Below, piece by piece: positions 10,873-22,500 of a stretch of DNA of 64,000 bases; the stretch's first letter is position 1, and each line of letters opens with the position of its first letter. Under the pieces are notes generated by a model. It saw only the letters and a list, made by a program, of their open reading frames with translations, was not told the DNA's origin and ran no database searches. Both the position numbers and the translations under genes were made by a program. Source of the DNA: Felis catus (taxonomy: Eukaryota); assembly GCF_018350175.1 (NCBI RefSeq), contig NC_058382.1, positions 61,878,001-61,942,000 on the forward strand. Direction: 5' to 3'.

Positions 10873-13800
10873 TCAGGATCCACATAAGAGTGAGACCATA
10901 TGGTATCTGTCTTTCTCTGTATGGCTTATTTCACTTAGCATCACACTCTCCAGTTCCATCCACGTTGCTACAAAAGGCCATATTTCATTTTTTCTCATTG
11001 CCACGTAGAATTCCATTGTGTATATAAACCACAATTTCTTTATCCATTCATCAGTTGATGGACATTTAGGCTCTTTCCATAATTTGGCTATTGTTGAGAG
11101 TGCTGCTATGAACATTGGGGTACAAGTGGCCCTATGCATCAGTACTCCTGTATCCCTTGGATAAATTCCTAGCAGTGCTATTGCTGGGTCATAGGGTAGG
11201 TCTATTTTTAATTTTCTGAGGAACCTCCACACTGCTTTCCAGAGCGGCTGCACCAATTTGCATTCCCACCAACAGTGCAAGAGGGTTCCCGTTTCTCCAC
11301 ATCCTCTCCAGCATCTAGAGTCTCCTGATTTGTTCATTTTGGACACTCTGACTGGCGTGAGGTGATACCTGGATGTGGTTTTGATTTGTATTTCCCTGAT
11401 AAGGAGTGACGCTGAACATCTTTTCATGTGCCTGTTGGCCATCCGGATATCTTCTTTAGAGAAGTGTCTATTCATGTTTTCTGCCCATTTCTTCACTGGG
11501 TTATTTGTTTTTCGGGTGTGGAGTTTGGTGAGCTCTTTATAGATTTTGGATACTAGCCCTTTGTCCGATATGTCATTTGCGAATATCTTTTCCCATTCCG
11601 TTGGTTGCCTTTTAGTTTTGTTGGTTGTTTCCTTTGCTGTGCAGAAGCTTTTTATCTTCATAAGGTCCCAGTAATTCACTTTTGCTTTTAATTCCCTTGC
11701 CTTTGGGGATGTGTCGAGTAAGAGATTGCTACGGCTGAGGTCAGAGAGGTCTTTTCCTGCTTTCTCCTCTAAGGTTTTGATGGTTTCCTGTCTCACATTT
11801 AGGTCCTTTATCCATTTGGAGTTTATTTTTGTGAATGGTGTGAGAAAGTGGTCTAGTTTCAACCTTCTGCATGTTGCTGTCCAGTTCTCCCAGCACCATT
11901 TGTTAAAGAGGCTGTCTTTTTTCCATTGGATGTTCTTTCCTGCTTTGTCAAAGATGAGTTGGCCATACGTTTGTGGGTCTAGTTCTGGGGTTTCTATTCT
12001 ATTCCATTGGTCTATGTGTCTGTTTTTGTGCCAATACCATGCTGTCTTGATGATGACAGCTTTGTAGTAGAGGCTAAAATCTGGGATTGTGATGCCTCCT
12101 GCTTTGGTCTTCTTCTTCAAAATTGCTTTGGCTATTCGGGGCCTTTTGTGGTTCCATATGAATTTTAGGATTGCTTGTTCTAGTTTTGAGAAGAATGCCG
12201 GTGCAATTTTGATTGGGATTGCATTGAATGTGTAGATATCTTTGGGTAGTATTGACATTTTGACAATATTTATTTTTCCAATCCATGATCAGGGAATGTC
12301 TTTCCATTTCTTTAAATCTTCTTCCATTTCCTTCATAAGCTTTCTATAGTTTTCAGCATACAGATCCTTTACATCTTTGGTTAGATTTATTCCTAGGTAT
12401 TTTATGCTTCTTGGTGCAATTGTGAATGGGATCAGTTTCTTTATTTGTCTTTCTGTTGCTTCATTGTTAGTGTATAAGAATGCAACTGATTTCTGTACAC
12501 TGATTTTGTATCCTGCAACTTTGCTGAATTCCTGTATCAGTTCTAGCAGACTTTTGGTGGAGTCTATCGGATTTTCCATGTATAATATCATGTCATCTGC
12601 AAAAAGCGAAAGCTTGACTTCATCTTTGCCAATTTTGATGCCTTTGGTTTCTTTTTGTTGTCTGATTGCTGATGCTAGAACTTCCAGCACTATGTTAAAC
12701 AGCAGCGGTGAGAGTGGGCATCCTTGTCGTGTTCCTGATCTCAGGGAAAAAGCTCTCAGTTTTTCCCCGTTGAGGATGATGTTAGCTGTGGGCTTTTCAT
12801 AAATGGATTTTATGATCTTTAAGTATGTTCCTTCTCTCCCGACTTTCTCAAGGGTTTTTATTAAGAAACGGTGCTGGATTTTGTCAAAGGCCTTTTCTGC
12901 ATCGATTGACAGGATCATATGGTTCTTCTCTTTTTTTTTGTTAATGTGATGTATCACGTTGATTGATTTGCGAATGTTGAACCAGCCCTGCATCCCAGGA
13001 ATGAATCCCACTTGATCATGGTGAATAATTCTTTTTATATGCCGTTGAATTCGATTTGCTAGTATCTTATTGAGAATTTTTGCATCCATATTCATCAGGG
13101 ATATTGGCCTGTAGTTCTCTTTTTTTTACTGGGTCTCTGTCTGGTTTAGGAATCAAAGTAATACTGGCTTCATAGAATGAGTCTGGAAGTTTTCCTTCCC
13201 TTTCTATTTCTTGGAATAGCTTGAGAAGGATAGGTATTATCTCTGCTTTAAACGTCTGGTAGAACTCCCCTGGGAAGCCATCTGGTCCTGGACTCTTATT
13301 TGTTGGGAGATTTTTGATAACCGATTCAATTTCTTCGCTGGTTATGGGTCTGTTCAAGCTTTCTATTTCCTCCTGATTGAGTTTTGGAAGAGTGTGGGTG
13401 TTCAGGAATTTGTCCATTTCTTCCAGGTTGTCCAATTTGTTGGCATATAATTTTTCATAGTATTCCCTGATAATTGTTTGTATCTCTGAGGGATTGGTTG
13501 TAATAATTCCATTTTCATTCATGATTTTGTCTATTTGGGTCATTTCCCTTTTCTTTTTGAGAAGCCTGGCTAGAGGTTTGTCAATTTTGTTTATTTTTTC
13601 AAAAAACCAACTCTTGGTTTCGTTGATCTGCTCTACAGTTTTTTTTAGATTCTATATTGTTTATTTCTGCTCTGATCTTTATTATTTCTCTTCTTCTGCT
13701 GGGTTTAGGCTGCCTTTGCTGTTCTGCTTCTAGTTCCTTTTGGTGTGCTGTTAGATTTTCTATTTGGGATTTTTCTTGTTTCTTGAGATAGGCCTGGATT

Positions 13801-14698
13801 GCAATGTATTTTCCTCTCAGGACTGCCTTCGCTGCGTCCCAAAGCGTTTGGATTGTTGTATTTTCATTTTCGTTTGTTTCCATATATTTTTTAATTTCTT
13901 CTCTAATTGCCTGGTTGACCCACTCATTCGTTAGTAGGGTGTTCTTTAACTTCCATGCCTTTGGAGGTTTTCCAGACTTTTTTCTGTGGTTGATTTCAAG
14001 CTTCATAGCATTGTGGTCTGAAAGTATGCATGGTATAATTTCAATTCTTGTAAACTATGAAGGGCTGTTTTGTGACCCAGTATATGATCTATTTTGGAGA
14101 ATGTTCCATGTGCACTCGAGAAGAAAGTATATTCTGTTGCTTTGGGATGCAGAGTTCTAAATATATCTGTCAAGTCCATCTGATCCAATGTCTCATTCAG
14201 GGCCCTTGTTTCTTTCTTGACCGTGTGTCTAGATGATCTGTCCATTTCTGTAAGTAGGGTGTTAAAGTCCCCTGCAATTACCACATTCTTATCAATAAGG
14301 TTGCTTATGTTTATGAGTAATTGTTTTATATATTTGGGGGCTCCAGTATTCGGCGCATAGACATTTATAATTGTTAGCTCTTCCTGATGGATAGACCTTG
14401 TAACTATTATATAATGTCCTTCTTCATCTCTTGTTACAGCCTTTACTTTAAAGTCTAGTTTGTCTGATATAAGTATGGCTACTCCAGCTTTCTTTTGGCT
14501 TCCAGTCGCATGATAAATAGTTCTCCATCCCCTCACTCTCAATCTAAAGGTGTCCTCAGGCCTAAAATGAGTCTCTTGTAGACAGCAAATAGATGGGTCT
14601 TGTTTTTTTATCCATTCTGATACCCTATGTCTTTTGGTTGGCGCATTTAATCCATTTACATTCAGTGTTATTGTAGAAAGATACGGGTTTAGAGTCAT
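10873..14698 (-). pseudogene. L1 ORF2p (APE endonuclease - reverse transcriptase - CCHC), disrupted
   Basis: Starts MTLNPYLSTITLNVNGLN; RT motifs [10 protein letters not shown] and [10 protein letters not shown]-terminal [18 protein letters not shown]. Lesions: 1-bp deletion ~14056, +1 in T8 ~13639-13646, +1 in T8 ~13120-13127, in-frame TGA at 12291-12289. Confidence 0.95.
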
Positions 14699-14748
14699 TG
14701 TGATGTCTGTATGTTTTATGCTTGTAGTGATGTCTCTGGGACTTTGTC

Positions 14749-15642
14749 TCACAGGGTCCCCCTTAGGATCTCTTGTAGGGCTGGTTTAGTGGTGACAAAT
14801 TCCTTCAGTTTTTGTTTGTTTGGGAAGACCTTTATCTCTCCTTCTATTCTAAATGACAGACTTGCTGGATAAAGGATTCTCGGCTGCATATTTTTTCTGT
14901 CTAGCACCCTGAAAATCTCGTGCCAATTCTTTCTGGCCTGCCAAGTTTCAAAAGAGAGATCAGTCACGAGTCTTATAGGTCTCCCTTTATATGTGAGGGC
15001 ACGTTTACCCCTTGCTGCTTTCAGAATTTTCTCTTTATCCTTGTATTTTGCCAGTTTCACTATGATATGTCGTGCAGAAGATCGATTCAAGTTATGTCTG
15101 AAGGGAGTTCTCTGTGCCTCTTGGATTTCAATGCCTTTTTCCTTCCCCAGTTCAGGGAAGTTCTCAGCTATTATTTCTTCAAGTACCCCTTCAGCACCTT
15201 TCCCTCTCTCTTCCTCCTCTGGGATACCAATTATGCGTATATTATTTCTTTTTAGTGTATCACTTAGTTCTCTAATTTTCCCCTCATACTCCTGGATTTT
15301 TTTATCTCTCTTTTTCTCAGCTTCCTCTTTTTCCATAACTTTATCTTCTAGTTCACCTATTCTCTCCTCTGCCTCTTCAAGCTGAGCTGTGGTGGTTTCC
15401 ATTTTGTTGTGCATTTCGTTCAAAATATTTTTCAGCTCCTCGTGACTGTTCCTTAGTCCCTTGATCTCTGTAGCAAGAGATTCTCTGCTGTCCTGTATAC
15501 TGTTTTCAAGCCCAGCGATTAATTTTATGACTATTATTCTAAATTCACTTTCTGTTATATTATTTAAATCCTTTTTGATCAGCTCATTAGCTGTTGTTAT
15601 TTCCTGGAGATTCTTCTGAGGGGAATTCTTCTGCTTGGTCAT
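14749..15642 (-). CDS. L1 ORF1p (297 aa; coiled-coil, RRM, CTD), intact
   Basis: ATG at 15642 (MTKQKNSPQK). Contains NIRIIGIPEEEE, ARHIIVKL and YPASLSF, and ends LQEILRGTL*. Confidence 0.93.
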   Translation of the reverse strand: MTKQKNSPQKNLQEITTANELIKKDLNNITESEFRIIVIKLIAGLENSIQDSRESLATEIKGLRNSHEELKNILNEMHNKMETTTAQLEEAEERIGELEDKVMEKEEAEKKRDKKIQEYEGKIRELSDTLKRNNIRIIGIPEEEERGKGAEGVLEEIIAENFPELGKEKGIEIQEAQRTPFRHNLNRSSARHIIVKLAKYKDKEKILKAARGKRALTYKGRPIRLVTDLSFETWQARKNWHEIFRVLDRKNMQPRILYPASLSFRIEGEIKVFPNKQKLKEFVTTKPALQEILRGTL

Positions 15643-16570
15643 TTTGGATAGTCCCTGGCGTGGTGAGGACCTGCAGGGCACTTCCCCTGTGCTGTGGTGT
15701 ATAACTGGAGTTGGTGGGCGGGGCCGCAGTCAGACCTGATGTCTGCCCCCAGCCCACCGCTGGGGCCACAGTCAGACTGGTGTGTGCCTTCTCTTCCCCT
15801 CTCCTAGGGGTGGGATTCACTGTGGGGTGGTGTGGCCCGTCTGGGCTACTTGCACACTGCCAGGCTTGTGATGCTGGGGATCTGGCATATTAGCTGGGGT
15901 GGGTAGGCAAGGTGCACGGGGGCAGGAGGGGCAGGCTTAGATCGTTACTCCTTAGGTGATCCTCTTCAGGAGGGGCCCTGTGGCAGCGGGAGGGAATCAG
16001 ATCCGCTGCCGGAGGTTTGGCTCCGCAGAAGCACAGAGTTGGGTGTTTGCGCGGAACGAGCAAGTTCCCTGGCAGGAACTGGTTCTCTTTGGGATTTTGG
16101 CTGGGGGATGGACGGGGGAGATGGCGCCGGTGAGCGCCTTTGTTTCCCACCAAACTGAGCTCTGTTGTCAGGGGGCTCAGCAGCTCTCCCTCCCTTTGTC
16201 CTCCAGCCTTCCCATTTTCCGAGCAGAGCTTTTAACTTATGACCTCCCAGACGCTAAGTCGCGCTTGTTGTCGGAACACAGTCCGTCAGGCCCCTCCGCT
16301 TTTGCAAGCCAGACTCGGGGGCTCTGCTTGGCCGGGGAGCCGCCCCTCCGCCCCGGCTCCCTCCCGCCAGTCCGTGGAGCGCGCCCCGCCTCGCCGCCCT
16401 TCCTACCCTCTTCCGTGGGCCTCTCGTCTGCATTTGGCTCCGGCGACTCCATTCTGCTAATCCTTTGGCGGTTTTCTGGGTTATTTAGGCAGGTGTAGGT
16501 GGAATCTAAGTGATCAGCAGGACGCGCGGTGAGCCCAGCGTCCTCCTAAGCCGCCATCTTGCCCTCTTCC
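15643..16570 (-). promoter_or_regulatory. L1 5'UTR internal promoter with CpG island and YY1-type motif at the 5' end
   Basis: CpGs largely retained over ~15960-16560. CAAGATGGCGG occurs at the element start (minus, ~16551-16561). Confidence 0.8.
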
Positions 16571-16585
16571 TGCATATTAATTCCT

Positions 16586-16725
16586 ATATGACTTGATGTG
16601 GATCTGCTTCTGTTGAATATTTTGGGGGTTCTTTGTGCCTCCTACTTCTGGATCTGTTTCATTCCCCACATTAAGGACGTTTTCATCTATTGTGTCTTCA
16701 AATAAATTTTCTGGTTCCATTTCTC
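16586..16725 (-). mobile_element. Old L1 ORF1 fragment, right half of the interrupted host
   Basis: Degenerate similarity to 15060-15200 (gggggttctttgtgcctcc...tcttcaaata). Confidence 0.7.
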
Positions 16726-16849
16726 AGAGTTTGGAGAATGAGAAATAGGGCAGAAGAGACCTATTGAAGGTTCTCTGATGAGTCACTGGTTTTGCATGTG
16801 TGGAGGGTAGATTTGGGATTCAAATGAACAACCTACCTTTAATTTAAAA

Positions 16850-18004
16850 GAAGTAGAATAAAACAACAATCTACCAATGTCCAATGTTCTCAAAAGGGAG
16901 GAAGTAATGCATATGAGAGTGGAAACCAATGAAACTGAGACCATAAAATCAATAAAAAATATGAAGAAGGTCAACAGTGGGTTTTCTGAAGAGTGAAACA
17001 AAAATTTCAAGATTATACATAGACTATGCTAAGACAGAGAGAGGACCCAACTCAAAATAATTATAAATAAAAGGGCAGACATTACACCTGATACCAAAGA
17101 AACATAAAGGAGACAAAGAGGCGACCATGGCTAAATTAGATGCCAGCAAACTGCCTACATAGAAGAAATAGATAGGTTCTTAGAAACACACAACCTACCA
17201 AGACTGTATCAGGAAGAAATAGAAGGTTTGCACAGACCCATTAAAGGAAGACTGCATCAATACAAAAAGATAACCAAAGTAAGTAAATTGACTCAGTAAT
17301 CAAAATTCTCTCAGGGAAGAAAAGCCCAGGTCCAGGTAGATTCACTGGTGAATGTGACCAAACGTTTGTAGAAGAAATAACAGCAGTCCTCTCACTGATT
17401 CAAAAGGAATGAACACCATAAACTCATTTCATGAGACTGGAATTACCCTGGTAGGAAGCCAGAAAAGGATACTACCTGAACAGAAAACTATAGGCCAGTA
17501 TTCCCATGATGAATATAGATGAATAATTCCCAGTGATATACAGGCAAACCAAATTAACCATCGCATAAAAAGGATCATTGACCACGATGTAGGGTTTTTC
17601 CCTGTAAAGGAAGGATGTTTCAGAAATGAAAATCAATAAATATGACCCCTCACATAATTGAATGAAAGAAAAATCGTCCAAAAACCAGACTCAACTATAA
17701 ATAGCAAACGGAGGATTACTAGAAGGGAGGTGGGCAGGGGGATGGGTTAAATGGGTGATCGGCTAAGGAGGGCGCTAGTAGTGAGGAACACTGGATGTTG
17801 TATGTAAGTGGTGGATGACTACATTGTACTCCTGAAACTAACATTACACTGTATGCTAACCAACTAGAATTTAAATCAAAACATGGAAAAAATACATACT
17901 AAAGAAATACATAAATAAATTTAAAGTTAACAAAATAAATACATTTTTTAAATTTTTCTTAATGTTTATTTTTGACAGAGAGAGAGAGAGAGAAAGAGAG
18001 AGAC

Positions 18005-18065
<61 letters not shown>

Positions 18066-19505
18066 ACGATCAGGGGAAGGGTAGTGAGAGTGTGAGACAC
18101 AGAATCGAAGCAGGCTCCAGGCTCTGAGCTGTCAGCACAGAGCCTGATGTGGGGCTCAAACCCATAGACCGTGAGATCATGACGTGAATCAAGTCGGACG
18201 CTCAACCAACTGAGCCACCCAGGCGCCCCATACATTTTAAAAATTAAAAAGAAAACTGCTGTGACTATGTCAATAGATACACAAAAAAAGTTCTGAGAAA
18301 ATTTGGTATCCATTTGTGCTAAAAAACTCTTTAAAAATTCCCCGTAGAGGGAACATATCTCAACATAAGAAAGGCCATGTATTTGAAGCCCATATCTAAC
18401 ATCATACTCTATAGTGAAATTGTGAAAGATTGTCCTCTAAGATCAGGAACAAGACAAGGATGCCCTAGATATGTGAAGGGGTTGGGTGATGCAGGCTTCT
18501 GGTTATGGAATAATAAATTATAGATAGAGGATATAGCATAGGGAACATTGAGAATGGTACTGAAATAGTGATGCATGGTGACAGATTGTAGCTACACCTG
18601 TGTTAGCGTATCAGAATGTATACACTTGTCCAATCACTCTGTTGTTCATCTGAAACTAATATAACATACTGTATCAGCTATTCCCAAATAACATGATTTT
18701 TTAAAAAGGTAAAAGAATGAAATAAAGTTCAGTGTAAAAGAACTTGTTAATATCTAATCAAGAAATACATTAAAGTTCCAAACTAGAAAGTCACTATATC
18801 ACATCCTGTAGCTTTCCTATACACTAACCAAATTATCTAAGAAGAAAAGAAAACAATCCATTTACAATAGCATCAAAAACAATAAACTGTATAGGAATAA
18901 ATTTAGCCAAGGAAGTGAAAGATCTCTCTACAGAAAACTATAACACCCATGTACTGAAACGGAAGAAATTCAATTTGGATGAAAGAAACAGGAGAACACA
19001 CAAGTCAGTGAAATGCCATCCCACGTCTGTGTTTCAGAGGAATTAATATAGATACAATGTCCATATTACCCAAAGCCATCTAGAGATTCAGTGCAATCTT
19101 TATCAAGACTCCAATGCAATTTTTATGCCATTAGAAAAACATATCCTAAAATGTATTTGGAACCACAAAAAGACCCCAAGTAGCCAACGCAAGAAAGAAC
19201 AAAATGGGAGGCATCACACTTCTCGATTTCTAGCTGCATTCTAATACAAAGAAATCAGTTATGTCACTGGCATAAGCACACACACAAGACAATGGAACGG
19301 AAATTGAGAGCCCAAACTAAACCCTTGCATGAAAAGTCAACTAGTATTTGACAAGGGAGTCAAGAATACATAGTGGAGAAGGGTATTCTCTTGAATAACT
19401 GGGGCTGAGAAAATTGGATATACACGTGCATAAGAATAAAGCTTAGCACCTTATGTTATACCACTCCAAGAATTAACTTGAAATGGATTAAAGATGTAAA
19501 TGAAT
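16850..19505 (+). mobile_element. Old L1 ORF2 fragments with nested L1 3'-end pieces (~17690-17935, ~18470-18715)
   Basis: Degenerate ORF2-like sequence (ctaagatcaggaacaagacaaggatgcc; tatttggaaccacaaaagacccc) plus L1 3'UTR-like tracts ending in A-rich runs. Confidence 0.8.
17950..18229 (-). mobile_element. Carnivore tRNA-derived SINE (Can-SINE/SINEC_Fc type) with expanded (CT)n
   Basis: Head GGGGCGCCTGGGTGGCTCAGTTGG on minus, long (GA)n at ~17975-18064, A-rich tail, flanking atacatttt TSD. Confidence 0.92.
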
Positions 19506-19549
19506 AGTATGGAAACAAAATTCTTCCTCATCGTTTCCGCTCTTACTAT

Positions 19550-22500
19550 GCCAAGACGGAGCTGTTGAGGTGGTGAAGGGCTGGGTGGAGAGTAGTCCTG
19601 GACATAGAAGACTGTGTGTGTGTGGAACAGACTTTCTTTAGTAGTCTGGAATTATCCCTCTGATTCTTTAAGACTAGCCACTTCCTTCCCCACATTTGCA
19701 GACACAGCTAGTACCATGCTGTCAGCAATGCACTGCTTTGCCTCCTCCAACTCTTAGAAATTCTAGGTGGGACCCAGTGGGAAGGGTGGAGTTTAGAAGC
19801 ACTGATGCTGCCCTGTTGAAACCAGGTGGAGAGGAAGGAGACAGGTGCCATTTGGCTTCATTGGGGTTCAGGTATGTTAGTGTTGGTGTTGGTGTTGAAT
19901 TTTTCACCTTTTACCCTAACACATCTCAAAAGTTTAATTCCTGTCCTGCAGGTCCACGTGGTTTTCCAGGATATTTCCTCCTTTCCCAGAAATGCCCTCC
20001 ATGTCATACCCCGTGGTCTGACATTTATCACCACCCATGGGCTATGGACCACTCCCACCTTCTCCAAACTGGGGTCCTCTGGGACCTCACCTTCCTCCTC
20101 CACCATGTGGAAAGGTGATATAACTAGTATGAGTTGACTTATAAAACACGTTGTGTCTTTTACTTGTTATGTGTTTGGAGGAGATGCATTGATGGCACCA
20201 CAGGGCTTTCAGGTCAGCCTGAGTGAGGACGTTGTAAGGTTCTTCAAGTTTCTCAGGACATGCATGAAATGGGCAGTCATTTCCACGTAGTGAGCTGGGC
20301 AACACATGTCTCTGATAGAGAAGGAAAGAGGCCTTATACGTGCTGACAGACATAGCATTCCCTAGGATGTAGCTTGTACAGAGACCATGTGCTGGGCTCT
20401 CTGAGGGATGAAACACACCCCTAACATACTTTCTAGCGAGTTGAGACCTGAGCTGTTCACAGCTGCTTGATTAGTTAAAAAACGCCTGAACCAGGGCCCT
20501 GTAAACCTTCCTCAAGGGACAGGATCAGATCTCCCTCTTGTCCTCAAGGGTCACCCGAGGCACGTGGAAAACGCTCTGTCCCTGGTAAGGGACCCGAGAG
20601 TGTGAATGAGTTGAATATAATGAAACATGTTCAGGATGGTTTGTTTTTCTTCCACACAGTCTATGCAACCTCCATCCGCCTCCATCCTTTATGAGACCTA
20701 AGACGTGATGCAGCTCCAATGGGAAATATCAGTTGTGTCTCTACCAAGGATGCAGAAAAAGACAAGGTAAATTCTGTTGCCAGTTTCAGTTGCAATACTT
20801 TCTGGAAACTTTTATCTGGCCTTGTCTGTTTTTTGGGTTCTTTTTGTTGTTGTTGTTTTTGGGTTTTTTTTTTTTTTTGGTCTTCTGGTGTCTTTACTGT
20901 TTGATTTATGTCCTCACAAGCCTCCTGGCTTCTCCAATGTAACATCATCATGTTAGCTAGTGCCTCTGGACGCCACAAGTGCATAGAGGCTGAGGACCAC
21001 CTGGCTCTCACTTAGTGTTTGTGGAAATAACTTGAGGAGGATGACACTTCACTGCACCCTCAAGTCTTCTGGAGCGTCTGACTCCTTCCACACCTTCTTT
21101 ACACGGGATTATCCTGATTATTTTCAATTTTTTCCTTTTTCAGTGTAGGCCATGAATGTGTTCAGAATGTCTGCTATGAGCCTCATGACTGGAATTGATA
21201 AAAACTCTTTCCAACATTATATTGTGTGCTTTGTGCAGTGCTGAGGGTTCTTAGAAAAATTTCAGAATTCATTACTGGTCCTTCTGTGTTGGCAAATGTA
21301 CGATAGAGAATTTCTCCAGTTGTCCCCTAGGTGGAAATACTCTGAATTTTCAGAAGTGGCATGTGTAATAAAAAATGTACGTGGAACTGCAGAGAATCAG
21401 TGATTACTTGCAGGGCCAATACCTCACAGAGTTCTCCAGTTGTGTTTATAGGAGTAGGTTCTCTTGTGTCCCGGGAGCAGTTGTAATTGGTACTTTGTCT
21501 CATGATACCTTATGGGAGTTTTTCACCTGAAATTGAGACATGTTTGTGTTCATTCTTTTACGTAGAATTTCTACCTCCCTTTTACAAAGGCACAAAATAG
21601 CTCTGCAACTCATGTTGTATTTAAAAGCTGAATTACCTGTGAATTAAGATAAACATACTTGAGACCAATGAATATGCACAGGTAATGTGTTTCCCTCAGA
21701 AAACTCATATCCAGGCCCCAATGCTGGACTCCAGGAATCCCCATCTCCTCAGAGGTCTTTGTGGCCTTGCACAGAAGATGTGTTTGTAAGGGAGGGAAGC
21801 AGAGTGAGGACAGGCATGGGATCACAGGTAGAGCTTTGACCTTGGGGTGGCCCTGGATCTCTGTGTGGTTCTGGTCATTTCTTTCATTCCTTCATGTTCT
21901 GTCTGTTCTCAATGTGCAAAGAAAAAGTCTGCAGATCTGGTGGAAGAGGACACCAGAGAGATCCTGGACACAGATGCCTGCCTCTCTGGAATACTTTCCT
22001 TTATTAGACTCGCATTACTGCCATCAATCTTCTAGAACAGGACTCCTTGGCTTTCTGCATTTTTAAACATGGACAGTGATGTGTGGTGAAGGTCATTTTT
22101 CCTTGTGGCATCTGGTACTTTCAGGATATATGTGGGACCTCATGGAAGGGTGGAGTTTTCTGACACTGATGCTCTGTTCTACTAGAACCCATGAATGAAC
22201 AAGGGGCCAGGTGCTGACACCCGCTTCATTGTGTTTCAGCTCCTGTGGGCGTTCTGCTTCTGTCTGTCATACCAACACACCTGTCACTTCTGTAGGTCCC
22301 TATGGATGCAAGAGGACCTCCTTCTTTCCCAGGTCCACCCTGCACAGATACAATTTATCACTGTTCATGGGCTCTATGGGCTGCCTCCAGCTCCTTGATG
22401 GTGGGACAGGACCCACCACCTCCACCTCGACTATTTGTGAGATAAACTGAGCTGTATGAGTTGACATGTTCAGCATGTTCAGTTTCTATGTTGTTGAGTC

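Larger units (their letters stand above)
10624..16570 (-). mobile_element. Full-length young felid LINE-1 (~5.95 kb)
   Basis: The 5' end reads GGAAGAGGGCAAGATGGCGG on minus. CpG-rich 5'UTR, ORF1, ORF2, 3'UTR and A-rich tail (10624-10652). The 15-bp TSD is tgcattttaattcct (10609-10623) / tgcatattaattcct (16571-16585), one mismatch. Confidence 0.97.

Noticed and set aside
20719..20830. EKDKVNS peptide resembling Olduvai/DUF1220 (NBPF)
   Set aside because: The match is only a few residues, paralogous copies do not improve it, and no supporting exon structure was found.
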